In this document: piece after piece, positions 57,891 to 64,000 of the stretch
Position numbering within the stretch: the first letter of the stretch is position 1
Layout: every line of letters begins with the position of its first letter
DNA from: Thainema sp.
GTDB taxonomy: Bacteria; Cyanobacteriota; Cyanobacteriia; Phormidesmidales; Phormidesmidaceae
Assembly (NCBI GenBank): GCA_052168235.1
Contig: JBQLZK010000010.1
Coordinates: 32,001-96,000, forward strand
Direction of reading: 5' to 3'
DNA length: 64,000 nucleotides
The notes under the pieces: generated by a model
Told to the model about the DNA's origin: nothing
What the model saw: the letters and a program-made list of their open reading frames with translations, nothing else
The model's database searches: none
Made by a program: the position numbers and the translations under genes

Positions 57891-59420
57891 TTAATAGATT
57901 GAATCGCGAATTGATGCTGTAGGATTCCTCGCAGGACCATCTCTCAACTCATCAAAATCGCCGTCGAAATTGCTAGTAGCGTTGTCTTCAGCGTAATTAC
58001 CGCTCATCGATTGACCCAGTTCTTGACGTAGACGCTCCAGAATCGAATCAGCATCAACCTGCCGCAGAATGTCTTGAATCACCGTATTCGCGCCTTGTGG
58101 CCCCCAGGTACAGCCTTGCTCCAGATAGGCTTGAGCCGCGCGCCCCACCGCATACGTTCCATAGCCGGATGCTCCAGCCTGCAGCGCCATCGTGCCCGCT
58201 ACGGTAAATAAGCTGGCCGGATTTTCAAACGCACTAAAGATCGACGCCGTTTTCGACGCGCCCATTAAAATGCCACTGCCTACTTCACTCGCGAGCTGAC
58301 CGCCAGAGCTTTTCAAGATAGTCCGCCACAGCTTACCCGCTTCGTAACCCGTCATCGGCAAACCATAAAGCCGAGACAGCGCCCGAATCAGCAACAAATC
58401 TGCGATCGCACCTCCAGCGAGGTCAAATAATGCGATGGGATTCACTGCGATCGCAATTGCTTTGTACCTGGCGTATTTCCAGATTAGGGCTTCCGCTTCG
58501 GTTTGCCGCAGGTCGGTGATGCGCTGAGCAATCCGAACTTCCAGCAGGCTGGACTGTCGCAGTGCATTCAAGGCCAGTAGCGATCGGCCTTCTGTTTGAA
58601 TAATTTGGGTGAGCTTCTGCCGCAGCTCATCAATTTGCGGCGGTGGCGTTTCCCACTCCTGCGTAACTCGGCCATCGGGCCACTCCACTCGGACTTCCAT
58701 GCCCACCGGATCGGCGGCAACCATAACAATATCGTCTGGGGTGGAAATGGGGGCGGAATTTTCTTCTTCCAGAAGCTGTTGACCTAACGTTTTCAGCTTT
58801 TGGAAAATCGTTTGTCGATCCTGATCGGGGTACAGATCGGTTTTATTGAACACTAGCAAGATCGGCTTGTGCTCTCGCCACAGCTGCTGTAGCGCTCGAT
58901 ATTCCGTGCGGGTAATGTCGCCAGCGACTACAAATAGAATCAGATCCGATTGTCGCGCAATCGACTCGGCCATCTGCCCCCGCTCTTCGCCTTCGATTTC
59001 GTCTAAGCCAGGGGTGTCAATCAGTTCCACTTGAAACGCTGCGTTGGGCTGTCCCGCATCCGGTGACCAGTAGACCGAGCGAGGCCATTGCGTAATACCG
59101 TGGGTTGGCCCCGTTTGGAACACGTCCTGGCCCATCAGCGCATTTAGCACTGCCGATTTGCCGCGACTGACCAAGCCAAACACCGCAATCCGCAGCAGAG
59201 TTTGATTGAGCTTGCTCGACAGCCCTGAAAGCTGATCCAGATCGGCTTTGATTGCCGCCAGATTGCGGCTGTCGAACGTTTGTCGCTCAATTTCTTGCAA
59301 AATTGCAGCATTGCGAGCAACAGCTTGCCGAATACTCGCCTGCGCCCGCTGCAAATGGGCTTCTTGCAGCGGGCGCTTGAGCGAATTCATCGATTGTAGA
59401 GGCTGGCTATCCTTGGGCAT
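57891..59420 (-). CDS. GTP-binding protein with C-terminal DUF697 (YcjF-like) domain
   Basis: G1 GLVSRGKS, G2 T, G3 DTPG, G4 NKTD; C-terminal AVNPIALFDL. Confidence 0.9.
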   Translation of the reverse strand: MPKDSQPLQSMNSLKRPLQEAHLQRAQASIRQAVARNAAILQEIERQTFDSRNLAAIKADLDQLSGLSSKLNQTLLRIAVFGLVSRGKSAVLNALMGQDVFQTGPTHGITQWPRSVYWSPDAGQPNAAFQVELIDTPGLDEIEGEERGQMAESIARQSDLILFVVAGDITRTEYRALQQLWREHKPILLVFNKTDLYPDQDRQTIFQKLKTLGQQLLEEENSAPISTPDDIVMVAADPVGMEVRVEWPDGRVTQEWETPPPQIDELRQKLTQIIQTEGRSLLALNALRQSSLLEVRIAQRITDLRQTEAEALIWKYARYKAIAIAVNPIALFDLAGGAIADLLLIRALSRLYGLPMTGYEAGKLWRTILKSSGGQLASEVGSGILMGASKTASIFSAFENPASLFTVAGTMALQAGASGYGTYAVGRAAQAYLEQGCTWGPQGANTVIQDILRQVDADSILERLRQELGQSMSGNYAEDNATSNFDGDFDELRDGPARNPTASIRDSIY

Positions 59421-60988
59421 TAGGATGCAAGATTAGCGGTCGATAGATTAGACGGGTCTTCACTGGCGGCATCGGCTGTCGTGAGGCGCTGGATACCTTT
59501 CTGGACAAGGGCTTGTACCCAAGCACCCTGCTGCATCTGCTGGAATGTAGCCTGGAGTTTCTGCGTAATTTGCTCAACCGACGGGATCGAGGCTTCAGAT
59601 TGAGCCGCTGCATTCAGGCTCTGCTCTTCAAAGAACTCAATTAGACTCAGTCCAGCCAACCGAGTCAAATAAGCGGCACTCAAGCCCTGAATCATGCCGC
59701 CAGCCACATAGGTGAGGGTGTGACCTTTGAGTACTAGGCCCATCAGCATGTTGGTAGAGAGTTCTACTAAGCCCAGCTTGACGGTTTGAGTCGCTAGCGT
59801 AGTTGCGATCGCTTTTGCCTGAGCGAGGGAGAAACGCTGGCCGTAAATCTGGCCCACTTCCACAATCATCTGCGTGCTCACAGCGGCAGTCGCGAGCAAA
59901 TCTAAACTCGGTAAAGGATTGGCGAAGGCTGCGCCAGCAGACACCCACTGATACTGTTCCAAAATCGGCATGGCGCGATCGCGGCGGAGCGCATTGATCT
60001 GCTGCTGCGCGACACGCTGTAATGCCTGGGCCTGCCGCCAAACTGTGCCATAGACGAGGGACTGCTGATCCTGCTGGACAATCTGCTGGAGTTGCTCAAC
60101 CAGTGACTGCATCACGGGTTCCGGCTGCTCTAGCGATTCCTCAATCTGGCCGTCTTCCTGATGGCGCTTCACCTTAATCGGACGCGGATCGGCAGCAATG
60201 CCCATGATGTCGCTGTGGGCAACCAAGTCTTGCAGACGAGCTTGAATTTGCTGGAGGACGCGGGTGCGATCGCTCGGCGTGTACTGATCTTGTTTGTTGA
60301 ACGCCAACACAACGCGATGACGCAGAGACAAGAGCTGACGAATTCTCTGAAAATCGGAATCCGTCAAATCGCTATCGACCACGACGACCATTAAATCACT
60401 GGATTGCACTAGCGGCTCAGTCGCAAGCTGCTGTAGGTCTGCCAAATTGGTGTAAACGCCACTATCTAGTTCCAGCCAAGTCCCTGAGGCAGCTGAATCC
60501 GATGAATTAACTAGATCCGTGCAGTGCTGAATCAGACTGGTTTTGCCCGTGAGCGTGTTACCAGCGACTGTGATCTGGAGGGACGTGCGATCGCAACTTT
60601 CTTTCAAAGCTTCTAACTGCTGCCGCAGAGCCTGTACCTGCGGAAAATCCGGCTGCGGTGATGGCTCGGATTCAGTATGGGATTCTGCCGTATCTTCCGC
60701 TAGCTTCACAGTTCCAGCCAGTTCAGCCTGAAGCGCAGCAATCCGACTTTCGGTCTGCTGAAACGCCTGCTGGAGCTCTTCGGGCGTTACCGGACGAGTG
60801 GGAATCTTTAGCTCAACAGACGATTGGGAACGCAATTTACGCAGCCACCAAACCCCAGAGCCAACTGCGATCGCACCTAGAACCAAACTGCCATCAATCT
60901 CGCCGAGTGAGTGCTGTAAGCCGTTCAGCGCTAACAGCCCAAAGGACAGGCCAAGGCCGCCAACTAAAATCGGTCGCTCTAGCTTCAT
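59420..60988 (-). CDS. Membrane-anchored DUF697 protein with degenerate GTPase domain
   Basis: Two N-terminal TM helices, G1-like GNTLTGKTS, G4 NKQD, no DxxG in the usual place, C-terminal FANPLPSLDL. TAATG overlap with the downstream paralog. Confidence 0.85.
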   Translation of the reverse strand: MKLERPILVGGLGLSFGLLALNGLQHSLGEIDGSLVLGAIAVGSGVWWLRKLRSQSSVELKIPTRPVTPEELQQAFQQTESRIAALQAELAGTVKLAEDTAESHTESEPSPQPDFPQVQALRQQLEALKESCDRTSLQITVAGNTLTGKTSLIQHCTDLVNSSDSAASGTWLELDSGVYTNLADLQQLATEPLVQSSDLMVVVVDSDLTDSDFQRIRQLLSLRHRVVLAFNKQDQYTPSDRTRVLQQIQARLQDLVAHSDIMGIAADPRPIKVKRHQEDGQIEESLEQPEPVMQSLVEQLQQIVQQDQQSLVYGTVWRQAQALQRVAQQQINALRRDRAMPILEQYQWVSAGAAFANPLPSLDLLATAAVSTQMIVEVGQIYGQRFSLAQAKAIATTLATQTVKLGLVELSTNMLMGLVLKGHTLTYVAGGMIQGLSAAYLTRLAGLSLIEFFEEQSLNAAAQSEASIPSVEQITQKLQATFQQMQQGAWVQALVQKGIQRLTTADAASEDPSNLSTANLAS

Positions 60989-61306
60989 TCCCCTTAATCC
61001 CTATTTCAATCGCCTGTGAATCGCCATCTATCGCCCATGCACTGCCATCAATAGATTAACGGCTATCTAGCTCAAAGTAATGCCTCAAACCTATTGATAT
61101 GGCTTAGCTATAACCATATTCTATCGGTTTTGCCTGAACGATATCCTAATCGACTGCCACTTAAACGTTAGCTCTCATAAAACGTATCACTTCGAGCTTC
61201 CCATTCTGCAAGCGCTCAAAAAGAGGCGATTGCTGATTTTAAATATGAATTGTGATGTGAGGGCAGTGCCCCCACATCACAATTCATAGCCAGATTAAAC
61301 AACGCC

Positions 61307-61350
61307 AAAAAGAGAAGGCATCGCAAACTGTTGTTTGCGATGCCTTCTCT
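61307..61350 (-). terminator. Intrinsic terminator after tRNA-fMet
   Basis: 18-bp stem AGAGAAGGCATCGCAAAC/GTTTGCGATGCCTTCTCT followed by a T tract on the minus strand. A second hairpin lies at 61244-61288. Confidence 0.8.
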
Positions 61351-61359
61351 AGAGTTAAG

Positions 61360-61433
<74 letters not shown>

Positions 61434-61653
61434 TCGGCTTTAATAAGATAACAATAAATCTGCGAAAGTGGCAACCTTATTTTCAAATAAATCGAAAATA
61501 ACTTGGTTTTAGGGTTTTGAGATGCGATCGCACCTGCTTTGCGCCGACCATGTAACATCCATATCCCTGTAGACATCCAACCGATCAATCACTCCAACTC
61601 CGATAAAATAGGAGGCTGCACAACAGAAGCAATTTGAGAGGCAATCGGGGGCT

Positions 61654-62607
61654 ATGGCAGAAGCGAGACAGCCAAAGTTAATCATTCACGGTGGGGCAGG
61701 CAGTTCATTGCATAGCAAAGGAGGCGTGGAAGCAGTTCGAAAAGATCTGCACGCTATTGTGCAGTTAATCTATCGAGAACTGCAAAACGGGGCTTCTGCG
61801 ATGGATGCCGTTGTTCAAGGCTGTCGGTTACTGGAAGATAATCCTCGATTTAATGCCGGAACTGGCTCCGTGCTGCAATCCGATGGGCAAGTGCGGATGA
61901 GCGCATCCCTGATGAATGGTGAGCAGCAGCGGTTCAGCGGCGTGATTAACGCCTCGCGGGTCAAAAATCCGATTGATCTGGCGCTCTTTCTGCAAGACTG
62001 CGACGATCGCATTCTGTCCGATTACGGTGCGGCAGAGTTGCTGCGAGAGCTAAATTTCCCGGTTCACGATCCGATTACCGATTTGCGACTCCAGGAATGG
62101 ATGCAAGAACGACAGCAAGGCTTTAAGCATGAGATGGCTGGCGTCGTTGCAGAACCGGATATGGCTCTGTCGGAATCGGCTGGACGCGGCACAATTGGCG
62201 TCGTGGCAATGGATATGGCAGGCCGGATTGCTGCCGGAACCTCGACAGGAGGGAAAGGTTTTGAGCGAATTGGTCGAGTTAGCGATTCGGCGATGCCCGC
62301 AGGTAACTACGCGACAGCTCACGCTGGCGTCAGTTGCACAGGTATCGGCGAAGACATTGTTAATGAGTGTTTGGCAGCTCGGATCGTCGTGCGCGTGACC
62401 GATGGCTGCTCGCTTCAGGAAGCAATGGAGCGGTCGTTTAAAGAAGCGGCTCAACGTCAGTGCGATCTAGGCGCGATCGCAATTGATGCTAGTGGTGCGA
62501 TCGCATGGGGCAAAACCAGCGAAGTGCTACTTGCCGCTTATCATGACGGCAATACAGTTGGCGACTGTCTCGAATGGGTAGACGACATGGCCGTCGGCGC
62601 GATTTAG
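61654..62607 (+). CDS. Isoaspartyl peptidase/L-asparaginase (Ntn hydrolase)
   Basis: IIHGGAG, LEDNPRFNAGTGS, autocleavage site G|TIGVVA, TSTGG, GRVSDS, SCTGIGE. Confidence 0.94.
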   Translation: MAEARQPKLIIHGGAGSSLHSKGGVEAVRKDLHAIVQLIYRELQNGASAMDAVVQGCRLLEDNPRFNAGTGSVLQSDGQVRMSASLMNGEQQRFSGVINASRVKNPIDLALFLQDCDDRILSDYGAAELLRELNFPVHDPITDLRLQEWMQERQQGFKHEMAGVVAEPDMALSESAGRGTIGVVAMDMAGRIAAGTSTGGKGFERIGRVSDSAMPAGNYATAHAGVSCTGIGEDIVNECLAARIVVRVTDGCSLQEAMERSFKEAAQRQCDLGAIAIDASGAIAWGKTSEVLLAAYHDGNTVGDCLEWVDDMAVGAI

Positions 62608-62696
62608 CGCAATCCAACCGTAATAACCGTACTCTTTCGAGCGACAGCACAGGATACACTGAGAGCTGAAATCCCCGCTGTACCAGAGTTCGAGTT

Positions 62697-63866
62697 ATGG
62701 CTGAAGCGCCCAGTATCCGACAGAGCCGATTCGTCAACCAGCTTGTTATTGACCGCAGCACAACGGAAATTGTTGGTCGCGTCGAGCAGGTCTGGATGGA
62801 TCCTGCCGTGCATCGGGTGCTGGGCTTTGTCTGCAAACAAGGGCTGTGGGGTACACGCCGGGACGTATTCGCGCTGCCTCAAATTCACATGCTGGGCGAA
62901 GACAGCATTGTCCTGGCTTCCAGTCCCACTCGTGCTGCCCTCGAACAAGTGCGACAGCTAGAATCGCTGATCAATTTGGAAGTTTGGAGCGAAGCGGGTG
63001 AGCGCGTTGGTAAAGTTGTAGACTGCGAATTCAACCTGAAAACGGGCAAAGTCATTCGCTATCTGATGACGCTGGAAGGATTTCACAGCTTTACCAGTGG
63101 ACTGTACCAGATCTTTCCAACTCAAATCATTAGCTATGGCGATCAGCGAGTTTTAATTTGCAATGCGGCCACCGACAATCTGGAACTGTTTCAGCCGGGA
63201 CTGGAACAGCGGCTCATTCACGCCAGTGAACATCTCAGCGAGCACCTCAAGGAAGACTATACTGAGTGGTCTCAAAAAGCGCGGCAAATGGCAGAACAAG
63301 CCAAAGGCCGTCTGCGGGGCTGGACTGAACAGGCGACGCAGCGCGTACGTGAGCTAGCCGAACAAACCAACGAATGGACGGAAGACTGGAAAGATATCGT
63401 CGAGGTTCCGTCTCGCCGTCCAGGACAGGACGGGTCACAGGATAGGATGTCGTCGAATAGAGCTGAACCAGACTTAGAGCCGCTTGATGATAATTGGGAC
63501 GATTGGGATGAAAATGTGCGATCGCACCCCACTCCACCTATATCTCAATCCGGAGATGTCACTGATACAAGCAGGACTAATACAAGAACTAATACAAGCA
63601 GGGCCGTCAACTATGCCGATGATTATCCTTACGATGTGCCTCCTGCCAATCCATCACCTGATCCATCCTCTACCGCTTCACTGTTTGATCATGTGATGGA
63701 TCACAATCCATCTTTCAACCGCTGGATGGACAATCAAAATGCATCAGTAGGAAAGGATGAAAATGACCAAGTGACTGAAGCTGGCCCATCTGGAGGCGCA
63801 GAACCGTTGAATTTGAAAGATAAAGCTTCTGAACAAATTGAAGACGATGATGAGCCTTGGATATAA
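62697..63866 (+). CDS. PRC-barrel domain protein with acidic disordered tail
   Basis: Two PRC-like repeats (VGRVEQVWMD; LINLEVWSEAGERVGKVVDCEFNLKTGKV), a coiled coil, and a tail ending DDDEPWI. Confidence 0.88.
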   Translation: MAEAPSIRQSRFVNQLVIDRSTTEIVGRVEQVWMDPAVHRVLGFVCKQGLWGTRRDVFALPQIHMLGEDSIVLASSPTRAALEQVRQLESLINLEVWSEAGERVGKVVDCEFNLKTGKVIRYLMTLEGFHSFTSGLYQIFPTQIISYGDQRVLICNAATDNLELFQPGLEQRLIHASEHLSEHLKEDYTEWSQKARQMAEQAKGRLRGWTEQATQRVRELAEQTNEWTEDWKDIVEVPSRRPGQDGSQDRMSSNRAEPDLEPLDDNWDDWDENVRSHPTPPISQSGDVTDTSRTNTRTNTSRAVNYADDYPYDVPPANPSPDPSSTASLFDHVMDHNPSFNRWMDNQNASVGKDENDQVTEAGPSGGAEPLNLKDKASEQIEDDDEPWI

Positions 63867-64000
63867 ACTCGGTTTGAGCGTTCAAGTCACGGTTGTTGAA
63901 ATCAGGTATCGCTTACCAAGCTAGTTCTATGAATCATGCCGAGCAAAGCCAGCCGTCTGCTTCTTGCCAGCCAGAATCACAAACGGCACCAAGTGGAACG

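Noticed and set aside
57365..57922. 185-aa ORF overlapping the small domain gene
   Set aside because: Alternative frame with no recognisable motifs; the 57361/57472 frame carries the conserved domain.
63929..64000. Possible start of a further CDS (MNHAEQSQ...)
   Set aside because: Only 24 codons before the window edge, with no recognisable motif.

Overview
Chromosomal window from a cyanobacterium (abundant HIP1 octamer GCGATCGC; cyanobacterial gene families such as Tab2, GghA and the DUF697 GTPase pair). The glucosylglycerol (GG) genes suggest a salt-tolerant strain. 1-12 kb: an AT-richer surface-polysaccharide/adhesin block (three GT4 glycosyltransferases, a Wzy-like membrane protein, a 1253-aa beta-helix/cadherin-like protein, an RTX protein). 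12.5-13.5 kb: IS debris (ISAs1 pseudogene, 136-bp inverted-repeat element, IS1 stub). 13.5-23.4 kb: a GG osmolyte cluster (MFS sugar transporter, gpsA, glpD, ggpS, divergent gghA). The rest is mostly housekeeping (ffh, rdgB, PGM/PMM, hypE, clpX, clpP, tig, asd, dapA, rnj, tRNA-fMet, isoaspartyl peptidase) with accessory genes in between. I saw no CRISPR array, prophage, reverse transcriptase or intact transposase. Best leads, all unverified inferences: (i) a GAF protein whose C-terminal half has split nucleotide-cyclase-like motifs, convergent with a soluble RsbRD_N histidine kinase; (ii) an MFS transporter that may be a non-ABC GG transporter; (iii) a three-hairpin sRNA candidate after ffh; (iv) a class III cyclase with a signal peptide; (v) a small-protein/HNH pair with a divergent RHH-like gene; (vi) a switch in HIP1 flanking bases suggesting the left block came from another cyanobacterium. 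Product calls rest on motif recognition by eye; no database searches were run.
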